The notes under the pieces: model-generated
Database searches by the model: none
The model's input: only the letters and a program-made list of their open reading frames with translations
What the model was told of the DNA's origin: nothing
Source: Owenia fusiformis
Taxonomy: Eukaryota
Direction: 5' to 3'
Length of the DNA: 64,000 nucleotides
NCBI GenBank assembly: GCA_903813345.2
Contig: CAIIXF020000001.1
Location: 33,232,001 to 33,296,000 of the forward strand
Shown: one piece after another, positions 52,646 through 64,000 of the stretch
How positions within the stretch are numbered: position 1 is the stretch's first letter
How the letters are laid out: each line of letters opens with the position of its first letter
Position numbers and translations under genes: made by a program

Positions 52646-53269
52646 CAGGGTGTCCCGAAAGTATGGGGCCCCCCTAGGCAGACATATACCAGTGCGTCAT
52701 AGTATGTGTCATATATTATTTTAAAGCTTATCCAAAGTTATATTATGGTTCAACTCTCAAATGTGAAAAAATTACAGGCATTTCAAAATTTGGTGTTTGG
52801 TCAAAATTAAGTTCAATTTTACACCAAATCACTAGTCAATGTGTCCTCCCGGGCCATCTTAACAGCAGCAATTCTTTTCGGGTCGGAGGGATATTGAGTT
52901 GGAAAAAGAGAACGGTGAGGGTAGAATCTCTAAGGAAACTCTTCTAAAGTTCCTTAACAGGTTTTAAGAGGGTTATAAAATTCCACACCCCTATTTGAAG
53001 GGCTTTTAAGGTCATATCTGAAAATAATTGCTGCTGTTAACATGGCCAAGGGGGGACACATTGACTAGTAATGTGGTGTAAAATTGAACTTTATTTTGAC
53101 AAAACACTAACTTTAAAATGACTGTAACTTTTTCCCATTTGGGAGTTGAACCATGATACTTGGCAAATCAATGTAACTTTGTATAAGCTTTAAAATGATA
53201 TATGACACATACTATGAGGACACTTGAATATGTCTGCCTAGGGGGGGGGCATACTTTCGGGACACCCTG
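52646..53269. mobile_element. Tc1/mariner-type MITE
   Basis: TA|CAGGGTGTCCCGAAAGTATG...CATACTTTCGGGACACCCTG|TA. Inverted arms of about 230 bp. Confidence 0.9.
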
Positions 53270-54629
53270 TATATAATGTAACAATTTTTGTAAGTCTATG
53301 GTACCATTATCTTAATAACATATTTGGTGTAACTATTTTCATAGTTTTACATATGACTGATGACTATTATATACTGTACACAAAAATAAAACATGTAAAA
53401 ACTGTATAGTGACCCATATGTCGGAGAAACTGACATGTTTCAAAGTCAATAAAAGATATATATATATATATATATATAATAAAATTTAAATAAAAACACA
53501 AGATGACTTCATTTCGTTGCAACTAGTTTCTTCAAATCTTCAGGCAACTGACAGATAATCGCAGGATGACGTAATTATAATTATAATTAATGTCGTCATA
53601 AAATATATACCTGTGCAGGTATAATTATTATTTATGTATGACGTCATTAATTTTACATAAGAAACCAATGTTTCATTTTGTTGACTGACAACGAGAGAGG
53701 GATTTTTTATTTTAAATATATATATATATGCTCAAGAAGAAATTTCAATATGGCCTCTCAATTCAAAGTGGCCACCATTTTTCATACACCAGATGATTGA
53801 TTTAGTTCAAATTTCTTATGCCTATGCCTTATTGGCATAGAACCTCAGTTTTAGAAGGAATTTTCAATATGACCATGTAATTCAAAATGGCCACCTTTTC
53901 GATAAATCTTGTCATCACCATTTTCGGAAAACCACTCATCAGATTTTCTGCCTTGTCACTCCCTATTTTAATATAGTATAATATGTTTGTATGCGTACTG
54001 ATGCCCTTTTAGGGCCAAACATACATCCAACATACAATTTTCAATAACAGTAAAAATAAAGTAAAATAAAGTAAAATAGGATAACATTCTTCAAATGACG
54101 TATAAAATGTTCCCTTGATATAAGGATCTTGTCTCTACCACGCATTAGATAATTTATCATGTCAGTAGATTCTTTTAATATGTTCCCCTTATCGTCAATA
54201 GAAAACTTGTCTTTTGATGGTCATTCATGTTTTTAAAATTACTACACAGGTTTTCAAGTTTTTCAATATGAGTTTTTCTCATATACTCCAATTGTTTACA
54301 TTTGAATAAAAAGTGTGTTTAATCTTCTATAACCAAGTCCTTACATATTTTTCAAAATCAACTAATTAGATCAGTAATGGGTCTTGTACATGTACATTGG
54401 CCTCTCTCTATCTCTAGATTGTGGGCGCTTTTATACGTAATCAAGTGAGATGTTTAGCATTTCGTTTCTGAAAGGTATTGTTCAAATCCAAAGTGCGTTT
54501 TTAGTTGTTTAAATAATCTAAGTATGAAAGTTTAGAAAAGAAATGTGAACACACTCTGTAAATATTCCCAAAGTTTTGATATCATGACAATATTTGAGCA
54601 ATTTTGTATGAAATATCAGAAATTTTATG

Positions 54630-54819
54630 AAAAGTGTTCAGATTAGACAGGTGAATTTTTCAAATATGACTGTTCACTGTTCAAGTTAGGAGGTGTTCAC
54701 ATTTCGAAGGTGTCAATGGGAGGAAAAAATGGGACTTAAAAAACGTGTTCAGATTGGGAGGTGTTCGGATTAGCCAGGTGTTCAGATTAGCCAGGTGTTC
54801 AGATATACAGGTTCTACTG
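54630..54819. repeat. Pogo/Tc1-like MITE right end with GGTGTTCAGATTAG repeats
   Basis: 17-bp tandem units ending GGTTCTACTG. Confidence 0.5.
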
Positions 54820-54835
54820 CATGGCTATATTAAAC

Positions 54836-56082
54836 AGGGTAAACCCAGTTGTCCAAAACCCAGTTGTCCGAAACCCAGTTGTCCGAAACCCGATTCTCCG
54901 AAACCCAGTTCTCCGAAACCCAGTTCTCCGAAAATTAGGGGATCTTATCAAAAAATACAATTTCTTAAAACGAATCTTGTCGCAACCTCTGCGAATCACG
55001 ACAGCATAACATTTGAATCATGTTGACATCATTGCAAAATTAGGCTAAATATGCTAAGTCAAGACGTTAATTAGCCCACGAAAGTTCATGGGTAACTTGA
55101 GAACTACAAAATACAACCAAATACTTTTCGAACACACAATAGCAATATTTCTCACCTAACGTCTTCATAGTTTAATTTAGGAACGTATTTTAAACGCATG
55201 ATAGCCAAATATATCAAGATACTAATGAAGTTATCTAGTGTTGACAAAGTTTTGAAATATATTTTATCCAGATCCATCAGAAATTAATCCAATACATTAC
55301 TTTACTAGTTCTAGTATCTTGCATGACTCGTTCATAAGAATTCTTTAATTCTACCTCGTTCCCAATACGTCCTCAGACAGACAAGAAATTGAAGTCACAC
55401 CCGTTTGTTTGTGTGGCATATTTATACGTATACGCACTTTCTCTGATTACTGTCAAACAAATACATTTCAGGAGAAGAACATAAAAAACAAATGCCTGAA
55501 ACGAATGCCGAAACATAAATCCCAAGTGATTAAGTTTAGAATGTTTTATTCTTTTACGATTTGATAAGAGACCGAGACTAAGAAATTAAATGCGACAAAA
55601 TATTTTGACAACGTAATTTGTATACTGTTTTATTCTTAGACTTAAAGTTCTATGCGAACTTATTTTATCTGTTTCAAAATGTTTCATTTTATTTTGCCTA
55701 TATAAAAGAGATTGAAGAAGATAAGATAAACTGTTCCGTAATATATATTGTGTTTTAATAACCTTTTTTAGAATCACAATGTAAAATAAATCTCCTGTTC
55801 CTGCCATTCTGGTAACGCCATGCAATGGAGAGAGAGAGAGAGAGAGAGAGAGATCTATGAATATCAGAATGCGTCCATGTCATTAATTTGGCCAAATACA
55901 TGGCATGAAACTGACGTAAGCTTAAGTAAGCTACGCCCCCCCCTTTCTCTGGTAAATTATGACTTTATTTTTCGGAGTAATGGGTTTTGGACAACTGGGT
56001 TTCGGGGAATTGGGTTTCGGACAACTGGGTTTCGGAGAACTGGGTTTCGGACAACTGGGTTTCGGAGAACTGGGGTGTACCC
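54836..56082. mobile_element. Mutator-like MITE, intact, with inverted (AACCCAGTTSTCCGA)n arrays
   Basis: TSD ATATTAAAC. 15-bp repeats in opposite orientation at the two ends. Confidence 0.9.
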
Positions 56083-56343
56083 ATATTAAACTGAAATCAA
56101 GGGTATATTATGTTTGTCAGCTATTTTCATATTAAATTTTAAAAATTCAAAATGGCCACTTTAACTCTGAATCGGGGGTAATTCTGAACTTTCACCCGAA
56201 GTACATGTATGCCTTTTTATATGCATATCAAGTTGCCACTCTGGGGAGTTGCTATTTTCTAGTTTACTTAGTCTTTATAATTTCCATCTAATAATTGTGA
56301 GAGTGAGATATAAATGCTTCTTATTTTAACATTTTTTGTACAG

Positions 56344-56519
56344 ACAAGCACAGGGATAGAGGGTCTGACAAATCGAAGTCACCGTAGCAACAGCATGACA
56401 TGTGCAGGGGAGCGGATAGAACCAAAACCAGAAATTGATCATCTACGTCGACCAAACCAGCTTCTGATTGGCCCACGAATTAAAGTCACCCCAGACTCAC
56501 CTTCTATGGAGCGAAGCAG
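56344..56519 (+). CDS. Putative penultimate coding exon (TSTGIEGLTNRSHRSNSMTCAGERIEPKPEIDHLRRPNQLLIGPRIKVTPDSPSMERS)
   Basis: Acceptor ttttttgtacAG and strong donor CAG|GTAGGT. 176 nt, open, phase 0 to 2, unique sequence. Confidence 0.65.
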
Positions 56520-56757
56520 GTAGGTTTCTATGTATAGGTACCTGTATACACAGGATGCTTGGGTCAAATCATAATCCCGATACCATAATTAAATCAGACA
56601 AACATAGTCTTTTGTCTTATTATGTCACCATGTTATAGCACATTTGACATATTACATATACTTAAGTATTATGTCTGTGAGTGTAACTGCCTGCATAACT
56701 GCTCTGACTCCCCACCTTGCCTGTTTATGTGAAAAAAGGTTGCCTGCTTACCTTCAG

Positions 56758-56803
56758 ACATGTGGAAATAAACAAACGTCCTCCATTTGCAACTTCACTG
56801 TAG
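56758..56803 (+). CDS. Putative terminal coding exon ((R)HVEINKRPPFATSL*)
   Basis: Acceptor cttaccttcAG. Phase 2 matches the previous exon. Stop TAG at 56801-56803. Followed by unique AT-rich DNA with AATAAA near 56879 and 57482. Confidence 0.55.
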
Positions 56804-58043
56804 CTTGTAATCTAATACGAGAAATGACACATCTTGACTATAATATTTCCGAAGAGAGGCAATGATGGCTAGGTTTGAAATAAAAGGCAGAAATTAGAAT
56901 TTGTGTTCATAAGTTGTTAAAGGGAGGATTGTTAATCAGGAGACACCAGGTGTGAAAGACAAAACCTATTATCTTTATTGAAACAATTCTTAGAATTGCA
57001 GATATAGCATTTGCACAATAGTGTTTTGTTGTGTGGATTTTCTCAAGAATACACACTTCATAAATTGATCACAAGAGATAGAATTTCAAAGCCACAAAGT
57101 AATTTTGAACTTTAAGTTCTTTAAGCCTTCTGCTATTCAGCTTTCTGAAATAACATACAAAAATATAGAACTGCTCAAAGTGCTCATGTCCTAGACTTTT
57201 ATAAAGGAACAAAAAGAAATTGCATAATGTAAGACCCATTTATTCAATATCCTGTTCAAGATTAATACCTATGCCTTTAATTCTAGAAATGTGCGGCGAT
57301 CAGATAATTAGGTGCATCCTTGACATTATACTTTACACTATTGCATGTGGATGAAGTATCTGGGGACATCCTGATTATTTTATTTTATTGAACAGTTATG
57401 ACCACATGTTTTGTTTGATACTGATAATTGAGAAGAACAAGTGAATCCTTTTACAGATTATTTTCATATTTGGTAAATCCAAATAAAATGTAAGGCATGG
57501 TTTATGCTATATCACGCCTGGTGATCGTACAAAATGGATGGAGGGGATAGTAGGCGATTTCTGCAAGAAAACTCAACAAATTTGGAAGATTTATTTTTTC
57601 AAGAGAAAATTTACAACTGAATTTCCGAATGAATAGGTGCAGTGCATGGCAAAATATGTTAGGTCTTCTAGTATTTTTTTTGAACTGATACGCTTCTAAG
57701 ATATGAGATCTATTAAAAAAGGTGCATCACCAACATGCAAAAGTCAATGTTTTTGCTATAAATCATGCAACAATGGTCTACACGACCTGTAATAAATAGG
57801 TATATGGGACGTTATTATCACAACACTAATGACATTGCTCACTTTTTAAAGTTAGTTTCCATGTGTTATACAAAAAATAATCGAAATAAATTAATATTGG
57901 ATGGAGGAGGGGAGTGGATGGAGGGTGGGAGTTATATGTCTTTACCATGGGACAAATTTAAAAGAACTCATGTATTTGAAAAAACTAAACTCAGTACCCC
58001 AGTAAGAAACTGGATATTATATCTCTGGAGAATGAAAAATGAG

Positions 58044-58437
58044 AAAGGACGATTCTCGGTTTGGAGAACAATCTCCTGGGCTAATTTTTTTTTCATGAAA
58101 AATATAGAAATATTACCCAAATTAAACTTTGAATATTCAAAAGAGAACATTTAAATCTACAAGATGTAAAAATAACAAATTGGTCTGAAGCAGGGATAAT
58201 GCTCAATTAGACCGATTCAATAAAATACAAGTCTCGATTTGGGGAAAGAAGTTCAATAGTGTACTGCGCTATAATTTTTTTTGCGAAAAATCTAGAAATA
58301 TTACCCAAATTAAATTATGACTATTCAAAAGAAAACATTCAAATCTATATTATGTGAAAAAATCAAATTTGTCCGAAGCAGGGATAATGCTCATTTAGAT
58401 TGATGAACTTCGTTCTCCAAACCGAGAATCGTCCTTT
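58044..58437. repeat. 26-bp perfect inverted repeat enclosing a ~130 bp direct repeat
   Basis: AAAGGACGATTCTCGGTTTGGAGAAC / GTTCTCCAAACCGAGAATCGTCCTTT. Confidence 0.7.
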
Positions 58438-59184
58438 GGAGTTTTAAGAATTAATTCAAGTAGTATGTACACGTTGCTCCCCCCTTGCACATTAAAGTTT
58501 AAACCAATCAGATTATTTGATTATTTTGCGCACATGGATTATATGCTTCTGAGCACTTACCATAAAAGCTAACCACAATAAACATTCCTGGCGGAGATTA
58601 CCCTTACTTCATTTCATTTTAGCGAAATTTCAGCTCAAACAAATGCATTATGCATACGTTGGTATGAAGCCTTGGAGACACTCATTTTGGTAAATATGAT
58701 ATACGGTATATATTTTTTCGCAGTTTATGGGAGTTTGGGACATTAAATGTTAGAAATGTTAGAAAGAAAATATGCCAATTATACGACTCGAATGTGTTTA
58801 TATTCATAATCATACATGTTTACTTTGATATTGTTTACTTTGTTTATTATTCGCGTGTGAATACCACTCGCGAACAGCGCAAAATTACATGCACGCGAAT
58901 GTGTTTCACAGTATATGATTTAAAGTTGGATTCAAATTCAGGTATATTTAATCTACTGAGGTCTAATAAAGCAAAAGGGGTGCGAGTTGTTAGTAGAATG
59001 AATTAGGGGAGTTTTTTCATGCATCGTAACTTCACCAATTTATAATATATCGAAGATCTTTTGGGAGATTTTGTATTTAGTACAAGATCCTCGTTACAAA
59101 AAAGTATCATTTTGTTCGTTGATCTGCAGATATCCCCTCATAACTTTTGCTGTAGTGCATTAATGGGTATGAAAAAAATCGTCA

Positions 59185-61000
59185 ACCTTGCTCAAGTATC
59201 ATTTGATAGAGTCCAAAAGTATGACAGTGATTAGTCTAATCAATATGAAGATTAAAAATCCCAACAACCCTACCCCTTATTCAACAGTGGAGTGGGGGTC
59301 AATATGAAAAAATATTTTGTGAGTACATTATTTATGCAAATTGTTTTTTATCCTGCCTAAGATTGTCAATTAGTATGAAGTTCACTATTTATTAGACATT
59401 TTGCAGTATGTTTGGAATTAATTTGTGATTTTAAGCATTTTACTACCCCCAATTCAATTTTGAGTATATCTAATTTGAAGAACATTCCCTCATAAATTTT
59501 GTTGTAGTTCATAAATGCCTCTGACAAAATTCCAAAAGCTTGCTCAAGTATCACTTGGTAGAGCCAGAAAGTATGACAGCAATGTGTTGAATTAATATGG
59601 AGAGAAAAAATCCCAACAGCCCCACCCCTGCTTCAACAGTGGGGTGGGGATCAATATGAAAAAATATTTTGTGAGTTCATTATTTATGAAAATTCTTTTT
59701 TATCGTTTATATGTATATTATACATTTTGCTGGATATTTGGAATTTATTTGTGATTTTAAGCTTTTTACTACCCCCTAATTCAATGTTGTGTTTGCCTAT
59801 TAAAAAGAATATTTACTCATAGATTTTTATCGCACACTGAGGTGCTATATTATAATCAGTTTGCCGGGCGGTTGGGCTGGCGGGTGTCCCAAATAATCTT
59901 GTCTACAGGTTTCCAGCCAAGCCGTTTGAGGGATTCATTTGAAATTCTCAGGAATATTTCTACCTATGAAAGTTTAGAACCGATTAGTTTTTCGGCATTC
60001 TGGGTAGATGTTAAGGCGACCATTTTGGATTTTCCGTCCTAAAATCTTGTCTGTCAAGGCTTGTCTACAGGTTGCCAGCCAAACCGTTTGAGGGATTCAT
60101 TTGAAATTCTCAGGGATGTTTCTACCTATGAAAGTTTAGAACTGATTAGTTTTTCGGCATTCTGGGTAAATGTTAAGGCGGCCATTTTTTGGATTTTCTG
60201 TCCTAAAATCTTGTCTGTCAAGGCTTGTCTACAGGTTTCCAGTCAAACCGTTTGAGGGATTCATTTATTGTTTAGTGAACATTCAAGGCTATATCTCATT
60301 TATGACAAGATCATTCGCAAATATTCCAGCAGCTACAAAGTATCTACAACCTCTATTTTGCATTTGGACACCATTTATACATCATTATACTTAAGATTCC
60401 CATATTCCTGATCCAAGCATAGGTTGAAATCCCCCTACCAGTTATCCCTGATGTGTGCAAAATTATTACAATTTTCTACACAATTACTATAATATTGACA
60501 AACTTTCGTGTATTAACACTATCTTCTGTTCAAGGGTGCAATATTGTTCACTGTGTGTCTTATTTTGTATCACATTGATACCAATGGAAAAATTCAACAA
60601 CATGGCTCATGTATCATTTTATAGATCCAGAAAGTATGGCAGTGATTTGTCAAATAATTGTGAAGAAAAATAATCACAAGAACCTCACCCCTTCTTTAAC
60701 TGAGGGTAGGGGGTTATTTTGAAAAAATATTGTTCAAGTACATGATTTGTGCAAACTCTTTTTTATCATGCCTAATATGGTTAATTGATTGAAAATTCGC
60801 TATTTAATAGCATTTGGCATGATATTTTCAATTAATTTGTGATTTTAAGCCTTTTACCATCCCCCAATTCAATGTTGAGTATACCAAATTTCAAAAGTAT
60901 TTTCTCACAACTTTTTTTTGAGTGCATGGATGTCTATGAATAAATTCCACAATATTGCTCAAAAATCATTGGACAAATCCAGAAGGTATGACAGAGATGT
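59185..61000. repeat. Diverged ~350 bp tandem repeat, interrupted by a HINE-A-related fragment (about 59826-60265)
   Basis: TTGCTCAAGTATCA...AAGTATGACAG at about 59188 and 59540, with related copies near 60603 and 60955. Confidence 0.7.
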
Positions 61001-61027
61001 GTCTATGTTATGTTATGTTATTTTATT

Positions 61028-61807
61028 ATCCCAACGAACGAAGTTCGTTAGGGATATAGTGAAGCCCTCCGTCCGTCCGTCCGTCAGTCCGTCCGTCCAT
61101 CCGTCTGTCCGTCAGTCCGTCAGTCCGTCAGTCAGTCAGTCCGTCCGTCTGTCCGGAAGATAACTCAAATACTAGTTGACAGATTTTCTTCATATTTAGT
61201 GGAAAGATGTATATTGGTGAATAGTTTTACGCAAAAAATTTTTTCAAGATGGCCGCCGCTTTAAAAATGACGGGACTTTTTCGCAAAAATCATAAATTTT
61301 TCATTCTAAACCAAAGTAATTAATATTATTGTTTGAAATTTTGGTAGTGTATTCACAACATTTATCTATTTCACATATATTCCGTGTTTTTCATCCTGAC
61401 CCCCAGGGGCCATGTATGGGGGGACAGGAAAACAAATTTTCGCTTATTTTTAGATCTTTCTGAAGTATAGCTTTATTATACTCAAATGAAAGGCAATTAA
61501 GAGTAGATTGCAAATATTGTATCTTTTTTCTGATTCGAGCCTCGTAAAATTCAAAATGGCCGTCTAATGTACGATTTCGCAATAATTTTTCGATCCCTTC
61601 AAAGTATGGCTATATTATACTCAAATTGAAGGAATTTTGGAGTAGATCACAATTATGGTATTATTTTTCAGATTTGTACCTCAGAAAATTCAAAATGGCT
61701 GCTTTGCAGGAATTTTCAACCAAAGTAATGAGTATAATTGATTGGAATTCGGTAATTGATATTTTGTTCGTTGGGATTTGCTACTCCGCGGAGTTGCCGT
61801 TATCTAG
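61028..61807 (+). mobile_element. HINE, B-related family, complete
   Basis: subTIR ATCCCAACGAAC / GTTCGTTGGGAT, (GTCC/GTCA)n, hairpin GCTACTCCGCGGAGTTGC + CTAG. Confidence 0.9.
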
Positions 61808-62977
61808 TTTACCATCTACAAGATTAGTACATATACATAAATATGTTACAAAAATAAATATACGAAAAATACTACAAGTTATAGGTATGTTAGATGAGCA
61901 AAATTAAAATGCTCATATGTCAGAGCATGCTATTATTTACAAGGATTTAAAAAGTAATCCCTTCTTTTGGGCATTCTTTTGGGCATTATTTCAGGATCAT
62001 AATCACTCCCTCCACTGAAAATGAAACATATGAATTCACAAAAGTTGTTGACTCCTAGTTTATATAATTCACTAAATAGATTGTATCTTATATCTATATA
62101 CGCTGGGTACAATAGTAATAAATGCTGTATGTCTTCAGTGACATTTAAATTGCATAGTAAGCATACTCATTCAGACATTGGTTGTCCGTAATTACATATC
62201 CTGTATGTTCCTGATATCATTTTCATTATAACGTTACATTGTGGTAAGCGTCTTGGAAAACGCCTGGCAACTTCCCACCATAAAAGTGGTTTTAAAACAG
62301 TGAAACATCTCAATATTGGTCTCAGTGTTGGATATAAGGAGCTAAGAACGAAAAAGCGTCTCATCTCAAATGACTTGACAACGTTCATGACTTTTCTCTT
62401 CCAGACACATTTGAGTGGTGTCTTAGCAGTAGTTATCATATTCAAAACATCCCCATGTAGGTCGTATTTCATTGTTGTTTCCCACATTGAGACCAATGGA
62501 GATTTACTTGAGCGATAGATTCCAATGTGGATCATACTCAACAGTCGATAAATGCATACAATTTTATAGATACATTGTACCGGTAACGATAAGATGAACC
62601 AGATGAACATAAGGCGATCTACATCGATTCGCGCTTGAACTGAAAGCCATTCGAGTGGTTTTATCGCCATCGGGTCAGGGGTATTTACTGGGAAGCTTTG
62701 TATTCTCTTGCAAATGGATCTATGTGTATCCTCCATAGACTCAATTTCGGTTATTGAATATTGCGTTACAGAGCTGCCATACGTCATTGTTGGGAAGCAA
62801 AAACTCCAGTATAACTTGGACGCTATCAGATTCAAGCCTCCTACATTTGCTCCTAAACCAAGCAGAGAAAAGAATTTTCTTTTGCTGCGTGAAATCAAAT
62901 TTGATACATGCTCTGAACTTTTGCCTAAAGGTATGCCAACATGTGTAGCAACTTTTTCTACTTAATTTAATATTTTT

Positions 62978-63611
62978 ATCACACCATCGGTGGGATATAG
63001 TCGTCATACTGGTCGTGGTCGTGGTCGTGGTCGTGATCGTGGTCGTGATCGTCCCGCTTTTTTGTCATCGCCGTTTAAGGAAAACAGCTCATCAGATTTT
63101 CTCCAAATTCGCAGAGATGATAGAGCATATGAAGTACTAGAGCTGATTAACTTTTGGGTGGCCATCTTGTTTTCTGGCGGCCATTTTGAAGGTTTTTCGA
63201 AAAATCTTGTCATCGCCATTTCAGAAAATCCGCTCATAGGATTTCCTTCAAATTTACACACATGTTAGAGGATATCAAGTACTAGAGCTAATTAACTTTT
63301 GGGTGGCCATCTTGTTTTCTGGTGGCCATTTTGAAGGTTTTTCGAAGAATCTTGTCATCGCCATTTCAGGAAAACCGCTCATCGGATTTCCTTCAAATTT
63401 ACACACATGATAGAGGATATCAAGTACTAGAGCTGATTAACTTTTGGGCGGCCATCTTGTTTTCTGGTGGCCATTTTGAAGGTATTTCGAAAAATCTTGT
63501 CATCGCCATTTCAGGAAAACCGCTCATCGGATTTCCTTCAAATTTACACAAATGATAGAGGATATCAAGTACTAGAGCTGATTAACTTTTGGGCGGCCAT
63601 CTTGTTTTCTT
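62978..63611 (+). mobile_element. HINE family F, 3'-truncated, 145 bp units
   Basis: 5' hairpin ATCACACCATCGGTGGGAT and (GGTCGT)n. AAGTACTAGAGCT at 63132, 63277, 63422 and 63567. Confidence 0.75.
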
Positions 63612-64000
63612 GTTCTTGAAATTTGTAAACATAATAGGAGAACAGTTTTCCTGGTTCATAGTATCGCCTATTTGATGGTGTGATCTCGTTCATGTCCTGT
63701 GCCTTGTCTCCTAATTTCCATTCACAAAAAGCATTTTCGTTTGGACCAAACCTAAGCACTACACATTTTCCTGGATGGAACTCAAACCTCAAACCAATTA
63801 AGGCAATATCATCAGAGTATGCCGGACATGCTACAGACGTTTCACCATTTCTTACTCCTGTAGCCGAATCTACCATTTGTTGCAAAAGGTCACGTGAGGT
63901 CTGCTATAAAGAACTGGTAGAGAAACATAGAACATATCCCACCCTGGTGAACACCTCTATTAACAGGAAAAGTATCTGATAAAATACCATTTACAAAAAC

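Larger units (their letters stand above)
38092..53478 (+). mobile_element. Fragmented CR1/L2-group LINE ORF2 (LINE X): pieces about 38092-39385, 39840-40267, 42970-43164, 52187-52645, 53272-53478
   Basis: APE motifs (ICGDFNAR, SVVD, SDHCP), RT remnant (DLKKAFD), LGEFGRYPL, and C-terminal RICLQCNMNQIEDELH. AATAAA + (TA)n tail. Reading frame is restored across two TSDs. Confidence 0.85.
61005..64000 (-). mobile_element. Degraded non-LTR retrotransposon ORF2 (RT and C-terminus), interrupted by two HINEs
   Basis: YSDDIAL RT motif, FHPGKCVVL, ORF 62167-62898, CCHC remnant. Probable AATAAA-(AACAT)n tail at 61005-61027. Confidence 0.8.

Noticed and set aside
54840..54935. Telomeric repeat or repetitive PKPSC protein (also 28470-28590, 37170-37260, 55980-56075)
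   Set aside because: These are 15-bp subterminal arrays of a MITE with 9-bp TSDs. The ORFs arise from the periodicity.
57457..57471. Micro-exon (ttttacAG...GTAAAT)
   Set aside because: It lies downstream of the predicted stop, probably in the 3' UTR. Such signals occur by chance and there is no other support.

Overview
AT-rich eukaryotic DNA, with repeat families of the kind seen in marine invertebrates. There are no prokaryotic genes, operons or CRISPR arrays. The window appears to hold the last three coding exons of a + strand host gene (27808-27972, 56344-56519, 56758-56803). The product is unidentified and ends in ...FATSL*, a PDZ-ligand-like tail. Its large introns are filled with deeply nested transposable elements. 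Removing insertions at their target-site duplications (TSDs) rebuilds three backbones: (i) a gag-protease-only Gypsy-like LTR element spread over about 24 kb (2416-26140, minus strand); (ii) a CR1/L2-group LINE spread over about 15 kb (38092-53478); (iii) a Mutator-like MITE expanded to 8.8 kb. At least six Helentron-associated (HINE/DINE-1-like) non-autonomous families carry internal satellite-like arrays. The most striking pattern is that HINEs insert into the 5' microsatellite of their own family and carry stacks of orphan 5' hairpins, which may record earlier nesting events. All calls come from reading the sequence by eye; no database searches were run.
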